Source of the DNA: Eledone cirrhosa
Taxonomy: Eukaryota
Length of the DNA: 64,000 nt
Assembly (NCBI GenBank): GCA_964016885.1
Contig: OZ024741.1
Span: forward strand, 71,610,001 to 71,674,000
Reading direction: 5' to 3'
The position numbers and the translations under genes were made by a program. Below are positions 1 to 11,949 of this stretch, piece after piece (the stretch's first letter is position 1; the number at the start of each line of letters is the position of its first letter). Below the pieces are notes generated by a model. That model saw nothing but the letters and a program-made list of their open reading frames with translations. It did no database searches and was not told the DNA's origin.

Positions 1-13
1 ACTTCAAATAGCT

Positions 14-182
14 CAACCCTTTAGCATTCAAACCAGTTGTATCTGGTCAGAATTCTCTCACCTCTTTCTGTTCAAACTAACCATAACCAGCTGCTCATAC
101 TTATGTTAAGGTATTGTTCTTGAAATAAATAATATCAAAATACAATAGTAAATATAGAGTAATGTAAATACTAAAGGGTGAA
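14..182. mobile_element. Short MITE with (T)TAA-CCCTTTAG...CTAAAGGG-T(T)AA termini (piggyBac-type non-autonomous element), decayed
   Basis: Left end TCAACCCTTTAGCATT and right end AATACTAAAGGGTGAA are imperfect inverted repeats. The internal sequence matches a second copy at 27110-27320. Confidence 0.55.
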
Positions 183-194
183 GTACTAGGAGTT

Positions 195-865
195 GAGACT
201 TGGAAGTATAGCTTAGAAGCAACTTAGCAAAAACTAAAGTCCTAGTAACTAGAAAGGAAAACAAAACCCAGATCCCTTAAAGGAAATTGCCTTACTCAGT
301 GAGTAGAAAAGGTGTGAGTAGCAATTCCATCATTTGTCCCAAGTGCAAACTATGGGTACACAAGAGATATAGAGAGATCTCAGGTAGGCTAGCAAAGAAC
401 ATAGGTTTTACATGTTGTTGATGCACAGGAACTGTAAGTAGCAAGATCTCACAGGAAACAAGCTCTATCAAATGCTCAAAGGTTTCTGTAGAAGTAGTTG
501 ACAGCTTCTGTTACCTGGGTGGCCAAATTAGCAGTGGAGGTGGGTGTTCGGAAAGTACAGTAGCCAGAGTGAGAATGAAATGGAAAAGGTTAAAAGGAAC
601 TACTGCCGCTGCTAACTACAACAGTTTTTTCCTCAAAATGAAGGGCAGATTGTATGATGCTTGTGTACAAACAACAATGCTGCATGGAAGTGAGACGTGG
701 GTGTGGTGTGCAGAGGACCTATGAAGATTGGAAAGACATGAAGCTTACATTCTCCGATTGATGTGCAATAGTAATATACATGAATGGTAAAGCATGAATA
801 AACTGAGAAAGAAACTGGGTATAAATGGAGTCAGATGCAGTGTGCAAGAGAGGAGATTGTGGTGC
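195..865 (+). mobile_element. RTE-clade LINE fragment (late RT, Cys-rich finger, C-terminal domain), degenerate
   Basis: Homologous to 7850-8620 (KTKVL, NSI.C..CK.WVH, VVDSFCYLG, MLHGSETW, ERRLW motifs), with stops and frameshifts. Confidence 0.85.
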
Positions 866-899
866 AGACTAGTGCCCTGTGTAAATTGGAAGGCAGGTC

Positions 900-1665
900 T
901 TCTGCTGTATAGCATAATGCCAGGGAACTGTGTCATCTCTTTTGAGAAGTTTAATTGTGCATTTATCATTTCATCCCAAGTTTTTTTAGGTCTTTTATAG
1001 CTTCCTTCAACTTTGAGCACCCTGCACCTCTTTATACATCTGTCATCCTCCATACACATTACATATCTATACCACTGCATCTGATCCCTCTTATGCCTAG
1101 TTTCTCTCTCAGTTCATTTATGCTTTGTTGCTCATGCACACTACTGTTACACACCCATCAAAGCAAGCAGCCTTCATTTCTTTCCAATATTTGTAGGTCC
1201 TCTCCACACAGTGCCCAGGTCTCACTTCCATACAGCATTCCAATTTGTATACAAGCATCATACAATCTGCTTGTCATTTTGAGGAAAATACCCTTTGTAG
1301 TTAGCAGCAGTAGTAGCTCCTTTTTTTATTCCAAGCTATGCTTCCAGGTCAGGAATTTCTTCTCTAATTTAGCCATGGATTCAACTATGAAGGTTAGATC
1401 ATTGGCATATAGAAGTTCACATGGGCAGCCAGTTTTGAACTCTTCTGTTATGAATTGCAGAACAATAATAGGAAGGAACTAAGAACAAACCTCCCATGAA
1501 CCCCCACTTGCACCCTAAATTCCTCACTACAAACATTAATTCTAACCTTCTGTACATGGTTTGAACTGCTCTCAAAGCCACTCATCTACCCATAGTCTTC
1601 TAAGAGCCCACCAGATTATGGTATGGGGGACTCTGTCAAAGGTTTTCTCCAGGTTAACAAAAGAG
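900..1665 (-). mobile_element. RTE-clade LINE 3' fragment with internal deletion, degenerate
   Basis: Minus-strand translation gives GCPCELLYANDL (YADD region), LYGSETWA and RPKKTWDE. The sequence jumps from the end of RT to the C-terminal domain near 1320-1335. Confidence 0.85.
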
Positions 1666-1744
1666 GGGCTTATTTTTATCATAGTACATCTATATATATA
1701 GACAGATCGTTTACAAATATATTATACTAGAATTTTTTTCCATA

Positions 1745-1920
1745 TGCTAACGTGTATGTGTATATGCATGTGTGTATGTGCATATGCATACATTTATATG
1801 TATGAGAATATAAATGTGCAAACAGAGACACAAAAATACACACTCACAGACATACATTCACACAAACACATACATTTACACAAACTCACATACAAACACA
1901 CAAACTCACATATACATTTA
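1745..1920. repeat. Degenerate (TG/TA) and (CA) microsatellite
   Basis: Low-complexity TGTA/CACA runs. Confidence 0.7.
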
Positions 1921-2429
1921 CGTGTTCGAACCAAGAGGCTGAGGCCATGCTGGGGCGCTGCCATTGATGCTACACTTTTTAGCCAGCCTTCCCTGGTTGG
2001 CCATTGATACAAAAGAGAATTTGTTGGTCATAGACTCAACTGTAGAGCTCACTCTGCTCTGGTTGTGTCTGATGCATTACAGCATCTATCCTTGTCATAA
2101 TACAGCTTCATCTCTCACCTCTTAAATACCTAATGATTCTAATTAAATACCTGATGTTCCTAACTGAACTGGAACTTGCCTGCCCTAAAATGAAGATGAT
2201 ACCATTCTGAATTACTGACGATGGGTAGCTGAAGCAGAGTAGTTTAATCCTTTTGTTACCATGTCTCTAATGAAAAACACTGCTTATGATTTTTAGTTAA
2301 GTTTGAATATAATCAAGAATTTGGAGAGTATTAGTAAAATAGCTAACTTTTACTTTATTATGTTGGTGTTTGGAGTATAACTTAACAAAGATTCTTACAT
2401 AGAATTATGATAGATTTTTAGATAAATAT

Positions 2430-2995
2430 AATCTAGATCAGTGCTGATCTGGAGTTAAACAACATAGGTCTGTGTGATGTGCTGAATTCAAGACATTTCT
2501 GGACACATTTTGCTCAGGATTGTCATATTTATCTCATACCCACATGGGTGCCACCATCTCCTACACCCATTCTCACTACATAACGATTGCTCCTCTCAGG
2601 ACAGGTTTAATTTGACAGCTAGTTTTACTCATTTCAGTCTGCTAGATTCGAACTGACCTAGGGTTAAACAACATAAATTTCCTGGACCATTGCTGACCTA
2701 GAGTTAAACAACAAAAACTACCACATCTCGGTGTGAAGTGTGATCCCTTCATCATATGAGTCTGCTAGATCAGTACTGACCTTGGGTGAAACAACAGTGG
2801 TCTGCTAGATCATGGTTGTTGTAGGGTGAAACAATAGCCACCGCATGTCAGTGTGCAGTGTGATTCTTTGATCATAAATCTGCCGGATTAGCGCTCACCT
2901 AGGGTTAAACAATATAGGTCTGCTGGATCAGGGCTGGCCTAGGGTGAAACAATAAAAACCAGTACATGTCAGTGTGCAGTGTGATCTTCAACTAG
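2430..2995 (+). repeat. Cluster of about 7 degenerate copies of a ~35-bp motif (CTGCTAGATCAG.GCTGACCTAGGGTTAAACAAC), probably tandemly duplicated retroposon 3' ends
   Basis: Copies near 2433, 2639, 2682, 2762, 2801, 2880 and 2920. A second motif (GTCAGTGTGCAGTGTGAT) recurs near 2728, 2847 and 2968. A single related end (TGACCTGGGATTAAAACAAC) is at 7041. Confidence 0.7.
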
Positions 2996-3167
2996 ATGTT
3001 GTAAGGTTAGGAACAAGTAGAACATCCAGAGTGCTGGATAGTCTGAGTGGGTCAGAAGCAACAGTGGACCCATGCACACCTGAAGAAAATCACGGGTGAA
3101 CAACTGCAAAGAATGAAACATTGGCTGAAGCAGAAAATGAAATTCTGTGAAGATTAATATATATGTA

Positions 3168-3505
3168 TCCAGTACACCCTGTAAGGTGGTTGGTGATAGG
3201 AAGGGCGCCCAGCCATAGAAAGTTGTATCAAAGACATGATGATAGCCTCCTTGGTACTGGGGCCTTGATAAAATGTACATGGTAGAGCACAGGAGCATAT
3301 GTGTGGTCCTCCTCCCCCACACAGTAGAGTGTGGGGGAAAGTGGGTAGTACAAGTGAGTTGCAGCCCCCCCCCCCCCCCCCCCCCCCAACTTGTCTGAGT
3401 GGTCAGTGGGTCCTTTGAGTGCTGCTGGCTTCAGTTGTGACAAACTAGCTAACCCTCAGTCCTTGCCAGCAGGGAAAAGTAACAAGCGGCCTTTAAATGT
3501 TGATC
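3168..3505 (+). mobile_element. SINE-like dispersed repeat pieces with RTE-type 3' end, interrupted by poly(C)
   Basis: Core CCAGTACACCCTGTAAGGTGGTTGGTGATAGGAAGGGC.CCAGCCATAGAAA recurs at about 22486, 24997, 25140 and 29200, and inverted at 10800, 19530 and 19680. The tail GCCAGCAGGGAAAAG matches the LINE 3' end at 7700-7725. Confidence 0.55.
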
Positions 3506-3849
3506 ATACACACAGGTTTTTTTATATCTTATAGTATGACAATATATACATTATCATCATGTTGCTGTGTATGTGTGTGTATATTACTCAATCTGTCTCT
3601 ATCAGTCTTTCGCAGTCTGTCTTTCTCTCTCTTCCTCTCCAACTTGTTTGCCTGTTTTTCTGTCTGTCTATCTCTACCTACATGCTTGCCTTTGTGCACC
3701 AATACATTATTGGCACAACCATTCTTTATAGAGAGATATTTCCCCACCCCTCTACACATACCTACTCCTGACCCTTATAATTTAGCCCTTCTCCCACCTG
3801 ACTATCACTTGCACTAAATATCTGTTACTCAGCAGAAACCTGATATCCT

Positions 3850-3945
3850 GTACTACTACCACCACAACCACCACCACCACCACCATCACCACACTGACAA
3901 CCATTGGCACCATCACCACTGCTTCTACCACCATCACCACCAGTG
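3850..3945. repeat. (CAC/CAT)n trinucleotide low-complexity repeat
   Basis: ACCACCACCATC runs. Confidence 0.75.
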
Positions 3946-4297
3946 TGTATGTGTGTGTGTCTGTAATTTATTTAACTTCACTTATAAAATAAATCAAATA
4001 CATAATAAACAAATGTGACACCAAAAAAAGAAGCGCCAACTATTTTTGGTAAGCTTCTGGTAATAAAATGTATTGTGTTGCTACATGAAGTTTATCATTA
4101 TCATCATCATCACTACCATTGAGGTCATCATCATTGTCATCATCATTACCAACATCCTCATTTAATGAAACATGGTTTATGTTTCAGGGACAGATGTGTC
4201 TGATAATATAGTTTGCTAGTCGAGCTGAAATTATTTACATCTTCCTGAATATATATCTGTCTGTCTCTACCTCTCTATATTTCTCTGTCCACTTTTG

Positions 4298-4570
<273 letters not shown>

Positions 4571-5364
4571 TCTCTCAGTGGATGTTACCACACATTGGAT
4601 AAAAGCTATTTGCAGTTGAATGAATATTAATTTCCAACCATATTTCTAATAAATGTTCAATTTATTTATAAAATGGTTAAGAATTTAGAGGGATTTAGTG
4701 AAATAACTAATTTTCTCATAATTAAACTGGTACTTGGAACATAGGTTATTACATAAAATTATAATTTAGATAATTACAAACACTTGAAAATAAACATTAT
4801 TGTAGAACCAGGGGCAGTTTGAGGTAGTTTTGTATTGAAGAACGAACTTTTGGAAGTTGAAAATACAACCATCTCAGCAGATGGAAAACACAAGTGTTTG
4901 AAAGTCAAGTGCACATGCACTTTGTTACTCTCTCATCTGACAAGAATCTTTGAGTTCAGATATGATGCAACAAGGCCATTGTTTTTACAAAAACATAATC
5001 TTAACCCTTTAGTTAGCAACCTGGCCAAAACCAGCTCTGGTTCTAATAAATAAAACAACTCATTTTAAAGGTTTACAATTTAAATTAGAACCTTCCAACT
5101 TAATTTTATATAAGAACCATATATACTGTTATATTAATGAAATAATTAATAATTTTAGTAAAACCATCAACATTCTTCATTAATTAATTCAAATGGTGTA
5201 TCTCATTTGGTATACAGTCATGAAACGGTTAATAACTACAAGTCAATGTGTGGGTATATTTATATATAAAGAGAGAGAATTAAGGCCAAAAGACAGGCAT
5301 GAAAAGAATGGCAGGATGGAGGAAGTAGAGAACACTACCAGGAGGTCAGGAGAGAAGCTAGGTG

Positions 5365-6968
5365 ACAATAATGAAGTACTTACCCTCACTGATGTTGAAA
5401 AGAAGGTAGCATGGAAGTGCCACTATGAAAGACTACTGAATGAGGAAAATGAATGGGATGAAGATAGTTTGTCCCAAGTTGAACCAACAGAGGGCAACTG
5501 TGCAAGTTAGCAGTAGTATAGTAAAGCAATCAAAGATATATAGATAGGCAAAGCAGCTGGATGTTTGGAGATAATTACCAAGATGCTGACACCATAGTCA
5601 CTCGTATTGTTAACCGAGTAAAACAAAATGGTGTTATACCCAATATCTAGTGTAGCAGCATCATCGTCAACTGCTACAAAGGAGATGTTCTAGACAGAGA
5701 AAACTATAGCGGCATAAAGTTGGTCAACCAGGTTATGAAGGTCATGTGGGACCCCATTTGCTCATAATTCAGAGAGATGGAGAGGGCGAGAGAGATGGAG
5801 GTGATGACAGTGGGAGTTCGGTTCTTCTGTGTGCCAGATTATTATAGAACTTTAAATATGAGAATCTAACTACATTACCTCTAGAGAACAGAAAGAGTTA
5901 TTGCACAACTGATTAGGGATCAAGTTAACGATGAAATGTAGTTTGGATTTGTGCCAGGTAAAAGTGCTACAGATGCCCTCTTTCTTGTGAGGCAACTGCA
6001 GGGAGACATATCTAGCTAAAGGTAAGCCCCTCTACTTAGCTTTTTTTGGCTTGGAGAAAGCCTTTGACAGTCCCCTGTTCCAATATCTGGTGGGCTCTTA
6101 GAAAACTAGGAGTAGATGAGTGGCTTGTGAAAGCTGTACAAGCCATGTATAACGGAACAGTCAGCAATGTTAGAATTAACAATAACTATAGTGAAGAATT
6201 TAGTGAACAGGTAGGTGTTCATCAGAGCTCTGTCCTTAGCCCTCTCCTATTTATTATTGCCCTACAGGCTATAATAGAAGAGTTTAAGACTGGCTGCCCA
6301 TGGGAGATGATCTAACCCTCATAGCTGATTCTATGGCATAATTAGAAAAGAAATTCTAAACTTAGAAGCATGGTTTAGAATTGAAAGGTCTTAAAGTTAA
6401 CTTGTCAAAGACTAAAGTCCTAGTTTGTAGAAAGGAAAATAGAGCCCAGATCCCCTCAGGGAAATGGCCTTACAATGTGTGCAGGAAAGGAGTACGTACA
6501 AATTCCATCCTATGTCCCAAATACAAGTTATGGGTACTTAAAAGATGTAGTGGTATCATAGACAGGTTATCAAAGAAAGTAGGTTTAAATATAGCTGATG
6601 CACAGATGCAGTAAGTAGCAGTACCCCACAGGTTACTAGCTCATTCAAATGCCTAGACTGCTCTGTAGAAATAGTCGATAGTTTCTGTTACCCGAGTAAC
6701 CAAATCAGCAGTGGAAAGGGTGTTCCAGAAGTACAGTAGCCAGAGTAAGGACAGGATGAAGAAAGTTTAGGGAGCTACTACCGCTGGTAGCTACAAAAGG
6801 TTTTCCCCTCAAAATGAAGGGCAGATTTTATGATGCATATATGCGAACAGCAATATTACATGTAATGAGACCTGGGCACTGTGTGCAGAGGACCTGTGAG
6901 GATTGGAAAGAAATGAAGCCTGCATGCTCCGATCAATGTGTAATAGTAATATACATGAACGACAAAGC
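5365..6968 (+). mobile_element. RTE-clade LINE fragment (linker, RT, finger, C-terminal start), heavily degenerate, with a ~140-bp insertion at 5745-5887
   Basis: AWKCHYERLLNEENEWD, GFVPGKSATDALFLVRQLQ, GVHQSSVLSPLLF, TGCPWE and KGLKVNLSKTKVL align to 8500-9480. Confidence 0.9.
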
Positions 6969-7419
6969 AACCCAGTTAAAGAATTTAACTCGTGGCTATA
7001 TGATCATGAGTCCAACACCATCACCACTAGGCCCTGTGTCTGACCTGGGATTAAAACAACTTATTATTTAATTTTTCAACATAGAAAGAATGTTTGAGAA
7101 TGACGCAGAATATATAGATACAGAAATGGTCAACTTATGCTGCAAAGTTCAACATATAAAAGAACACAGCAGCTGTTGCAACCATGCATATTTTCCACTA
7201 TTTGCTTTTAACAACTGTTTTACTGCACACTCAAGTATTTTCTGTTTGAACAGATTAACAGATTAATTTAATATAATATAGGTTTTTCCTTTAAAATGAA
7301 GGGCAGATTGTATGATGCATGTATATGAATAGCTGGGATGCCATTTTGGTAAAAACAGGAGTAAGCAGGAGAAAGCTTTCTATATCTGTAGTGTGTGTTT
7401 ATGATGGAGATTCAGTATA

Positions 7420-7676
7420 AGAATAACATTAAGAAAGATGCTGTTTTGGTACAGGTGCGATTTCATCAGATGAATTTACAAGGATATCCTTGTTGGGCAC
7501 ACAAGACAAACATATTTTGCCTGCAGCATATCACAGATATAAATTCATCTGGTGAAATTGCACATGTACCAGCAACAAATGCAACTACTACACCTTGAAT
7601 GCATATGGATCACCATAGAAATAATTGGGAATAATTGCTTTATGTAAACACAGCATATCTTTCTTAATGTTATTCT
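7420..7676. mobile_element. Fold-back (MITE-like) element with two nested pairs of inverted repeats
   Basis: The outer arm AGAATAACATTAAGAAAGATGCTGT (7420) pairs with 7649-7676. The inner 32-bp arm TGGTACAGGTGCGATTTCATCAGATGAATTTA (7447) pairs with 7540-7571 with 3 mismatches. Confidence 0.7.
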
Positions 7677-7687
7677 CATATATATAT

Positions 7688-10600
7688 CATCATCATCATT
7701 TTATGTCCGCTTTTCCCTGCTTGCAAGGGTGGGATGGGTCTTATTCAGCACAGCATCTCTCCACTTGTCACAGTCCTTCGTCATCTCCACCGTGAGCTTC
7801 AGCGATCTGAGGTCTGTTCTCACCACCTCCGGCCATGTTTTTCGAGGTCTACCTCTACCACGTCTTCCATCAACTGGCATTTCCTGGCACTTCTTCACCC
7901 ATCGGTCATCCTCCATGCGCATCACATGTCCATACCACCTCAGTCTCCTCACCCGTACACTACATTCTATCCCTCTCAGACACAGTTTCTCTCTCAACAC
8001 ATTCATGCTGGGTCGTTCACGCACATTGACATTGCACATCCAACGGAGCATGCTTGCCTCATTTCTCTCCAGCCGTTGCATATCCTCTGCAGTTTCTGCC
8101 CATGTCTCACTACCATGCAGCATCGCGCTCCTCACACAGGCATCATATAACCGGCTTTTCATACGCAGGGAGAAACCCTTCTTCGTCAGCAGAGGAAGCA
8201 GTTCCCTAAACTTCTTCCAACCCGTCCTTATTCTAGATACTATGACCTCAGAACACCCCCCTCCCATGCTAATCTGATCTCCTAGGTACCGAAAGCTATC
8301 CACCACTTCTATAGCACCCTCCTGCATTTGAAAAATGTGTCTATCAATGCGACTTCTACTGTCTAATTTCCCTGTACATCTACTGCATACATATTTCTCC
8401 CTACCTGTTAGTTTGCCTGCTATCCTGCTACAGCTCTTGTGTACCCAGGATCTGCATTGTGTGCATTTTATAGAATTTATGTCAGTTCCTTTTCTGCATA
8501 TCGAACAAGGTCATTTCCCTGACGGAATCAGAGTTTTGTCCTCTTTTCTACTCAACACTTTTGTCTTAGCTAGGTTCACTCTCAGTCCTCTTGCTTCCAA
8601 CTGCTGTTTCCATAGCCAGAATTTATTCTCTAGCTCCTCTACTGATTCTGCTATAAGAACCAGATTGTCAGCATAGAGAAGTTCCCATGGACAGCCAGTC
8701 TTAAACTCCTCTGTTATGGCTTGGAGGACTATAATGAACAAGAGCGGGCTGAGGACCGAACCTTGATGTACTCCTACTTGTATCTGGAATTCCTCACTAA
8801 ACTCCATTCCTACCCTCACTTTACTGACAGCATCTCTGTACAAAGTTTGCACTGTCCTCACAAGCCATTCCTCAACACCTAGTTTCCTTAGAGACCACCA
8901 GATGACAGATCGGGGTACCCTATCAAAGGCTAAGTATAGTGGCTTATTCTTCTCTAAGAACCTCTCTTGTAATTGTCTCACCAAGAAGAGGGCATCTGTT
9001 GTACTTTTCCCAGGCACAAAACCAAACTGCATCTCATCTAGTTTGACTCTTTCTCTAATTAGTTGTACTAATATCCTTTCTGCCACTTTCATAACCTGAT
9101 CCATCAGTTTTATACCCATATAATTGCTCCTCTCCAGAGCATCTCCTTTAACTTTGTAGCAATTTATGAGAATACTGCTGCACCAGTCTTTGGGTATGAC
9201 ACCACCATATATAGCCTGATTGATGATGTGTGTAACCAGTTTAGTGCCTACGTCCCCTGATGCCTTCAGCATCTCAGCAACTATCCCCGATGGTCAAGCA
9301 GCCTTACCATTTTTCATTTCCTTAATCGCCTCTTGGACACTATATTCGTCAATCTCAATAGCTGGTCCCTCTGTCGGATCTTCTGAGGGTAATTTCTCTC
9401 TCCCATTCGTTCTCCACATTCATCAGTCTCTCATAATGACATTTCCAGGCCTCCTTTATCTGATCATTCGTACACTAAGTACACCCGGCATCATTCCGGA
9501 CACATTTATCTCCAACAACATCCTGATTTGCATTGACACACTGCATTGCAATGTGGAATACCGCACGCCTCTGATCTTCCCGTCGCAGAACATTGGCAAA
9601 CCTCCTACTCTCAGCCTCCCTGCATGCTAAGTACACCTGACATCTAGCTTCTCTTTTAGCGGCTGTATATCCTTTTCTACTCCCACCCTTTTTCCAAGCC
9701 TTCCATGCTAGTCTTTTGTCTCTAATGGCCTTATCTACTGTGCTGTTCCACCACCAGGTCACTCTCTGTCTGGTTGGAGCTCTGCTCCAGCCACAAGTTT
9801 CAACAGTAGCCTGCAGTAAGTTGTCACGTAAGAAATTCCAGTTATTATCTATGTCATACATCTCTAAATCGTTTTCTTTTTCGTTATACACATCTTGAAG
9901 GCCTTTCCTAAATTTGTATTTTAGTGAAAGGTCTTTTAGCTTCCAGACCTTTCTTCCCCACACCTTCCTGTATGTCTCTTTCCATCTCTTGCTTACTGAG
10001 ATATCACTAACGACTAACCTATGCTGTGGGGTACATTCTTCCTCAGGTTATGCCTTGGTATTTGACACCATCTGCCTGTCCCGCTGCCTAACTAGTAAGA
10101 AGTCAATCTGGCTTATGTGCTCGCCTGATTTGTAGGTTATTAGGTGGTTGGCAGGTTTCTGGAAGTTAGTGTTGCAAATAGTCAGTGTACTTGCATCACA
10201 AAATTCAAGAAGTCTCACTCCTTCTTCATTTCTTGAGCCGTGACCGTGCCCACCATGTACCCCAGTGTCACCATCCTGGAGCTGTCCAACATGACCATTG
10301 AAGTCCCCTGCTCGCATAACGATGTCCCCGTCCTCTGTCATTGCGGTTGTTTATAAAAGTTGCTCATAAAAGCAGTCTTTCTCTTCTTTGCCTAGGCCTG
10401 CTTAGGGAGCATAGGCAGAGAGGATTGTCAGTAGTCTCCTGCCTACAACTAATCTAAGCTTAATTATTCGATTACTAACTCGAACTACCTCCATTGTCTT
10501 ATTGATCCATCTCTCAGCCAGGAAAATGCCTACTCCCCCTAACCCATCATCCTTACCTACCCAGAAAAGCTTATAGCTAAGATGTTTGCCTGCGACTAGT

Positions 10601-10745
10601 CTCACAGAGGCACCTCTCCATCTCACCTCTTGTACGCAGCACACATCCATATGCCTTCTCTCCAGCATCTCCGCTATTTCAGCAGATTTACCTGTGAGAG
10701 TGCCAACATTAAGTGTTGCAACTCAGAGATACGACGTCTTCATAT
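7688..10745 (-). mobile_element. Near-full-length RTE-clade non-LTR retrotransposon (single APE-RT ORF, now disrupted) with (ATG)n 3' tail
   Basis: APE motifs VATLNVGT, VQEVRW, SAYAP, GDFNGHVG and SQIDFLL. RT motifs QFGFVPGKSTTD, GVHQGSVLSP and YADN. C-terminal FRYLGD, MLHGSETW, RRLRWYGHVMR and RGRGRPRKTW. Tail CATCATCATCAT at 7688-7699. Confidence 0.95.
7701..10743 (-). pseudogene. Disrupted endonuclease/reverse-transcriptase ORF of the RTE element
   Basis: Broken into ORF pieces 10668-10402, 10341-10048, 9963-9475, 9272-8511 and 8327-7701. In-frame stops (e.g. SYL*VAT near 10725, GK*PC near 8512). Catalytic YADD reads YADN. Confidence 0.9.
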
Positions 10746-10939
10746 TTTTGTTCCTATATACTTGTTGCTGTGCTTATAATCGTTTTGGCATTGATACACT
10801 GGTTAGATGCCCTTCCTAACACCAGTGCCACTTTACAGAATGGACTGGGTGCTTTTATTTGTGCCACCAGCACTAGAGAGGATGTCTTACTGGCCTCATG
10901 GGCCCTCTCTACCCCTCCTTTTTACAGCATGGTCATTAA

Positions 10940-10970
10940 AATATATATATATATATATATAAAAAAAAAA

Positions 10971-11040
<70 letters not shown>

Positions 11041-11048
11041 CATACATA
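10940..11048. repeat. (TA)n microsatellite with A-runs
   Basis: Direct reading. Confidence 0.95.
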
Positions 11049-11945
11049 TTAGCAGCCTCCTGGCCCTTGTCTCAGTCTGTACTGTGTACAAATCTATTTA
11101 TATGGCAGCTATTGTCATCTATCATAATGCCCACTTTCCTGAATTAATAGATGTTAAAAGTTATTTAAATATTACATAACATAATTTTAAAATTTATTTA
11201 GAATATCTAAATACAGGAAGTAATAAAAAAAAATAATAGAAAAATGTATTCTATGAAAATCATAAAATACTTAGAGAACTTCAGTAAATACAATGTTTTA
11301 AATTTTTTTCTTTGGGGCATATATGAAGAGTTTGTGGAGGCTTCCTACTCTGGGACAACCTACATAAATGTGAGAAACAGCCCTCTTCTAGATGGAGACC
11401 AACAACCTGCAGTGTTTGACCTTGGGACTTTTTAATGGTCATTGCATAACTGACTCTCATTTGGAATTGCTCTTTCACACAGCCACTCCTTGTTGGAATG
11501 GTGGATTTTAAAATTGTGGAACACTTGATTAAATAAGTTTACAATGCTTTCCACAACAGTAGAAAATGATGGACCAAAACATTTTTTAGTATCAAGAGAT
11601 TGCTTTTCTATAAATTAAATGGCTGAAAGGTAATTATCTGTAACTCCGAGGGTCCTCCTCCCTTCCCACCTTTGTTATTCCCACTGAAGAAACTCTAAGG
11701 TCCCCCTCCCCCAATTCCATTTTTGGAAAAGAAGGTGATTGCGAGTATGTGAGAGGTCAAATTAGTTGAAAACACATGAAAAAACCAAAGAAAAAAAATT
11801 TTTTCAGGATCCTCAGTGGGTGCTTTTCTATACATTTCAACGGCTAAGAGGTGCTTATCTGTAACTCCAAGAGTCTGCTTCACTCCTTGTTCCACTTTTA
11901 GAAAAAGGAGTCGTTGGTGAGTGAGTCGGGTGTCAGATCAGTTTA
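11049..11945 (-). mobile_element. Internally deleted Helitron retaining the C-terminal PIF1-family helicase motifs of RepHel
   Basis: 11478-11275 (minus) reads QFQMRVSYAMTIKKSQGQTLQVVGLHLEEGCFSH, then a frameshift to LYVGCPRVGS...NIVFTEVL, matching the Helitron/PIF1 AMTINKSQGQTL...FSHGQLYVA.SRV block. Candidate 3' end GGCCAGGAGGCTG-CTAA|T at 11049. The 5' boundary is approximate. Confidence 0.7.
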
Positions 11946-11949
11946 AAAC

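Noticed and set aside
7729-10135. Plus-strand ORFs overlapping the LINE (also 955-1482, 12839-13360 and 29518-29913)
   Set aside because: Antisense shadows of transposon coding sequence with no independent motifs.
11281-11478. Host PIF1 helicase gene exon
   Set aside because: Frameshifted, missing the conserved GQ, and followed by a Helitron-like 3' end.
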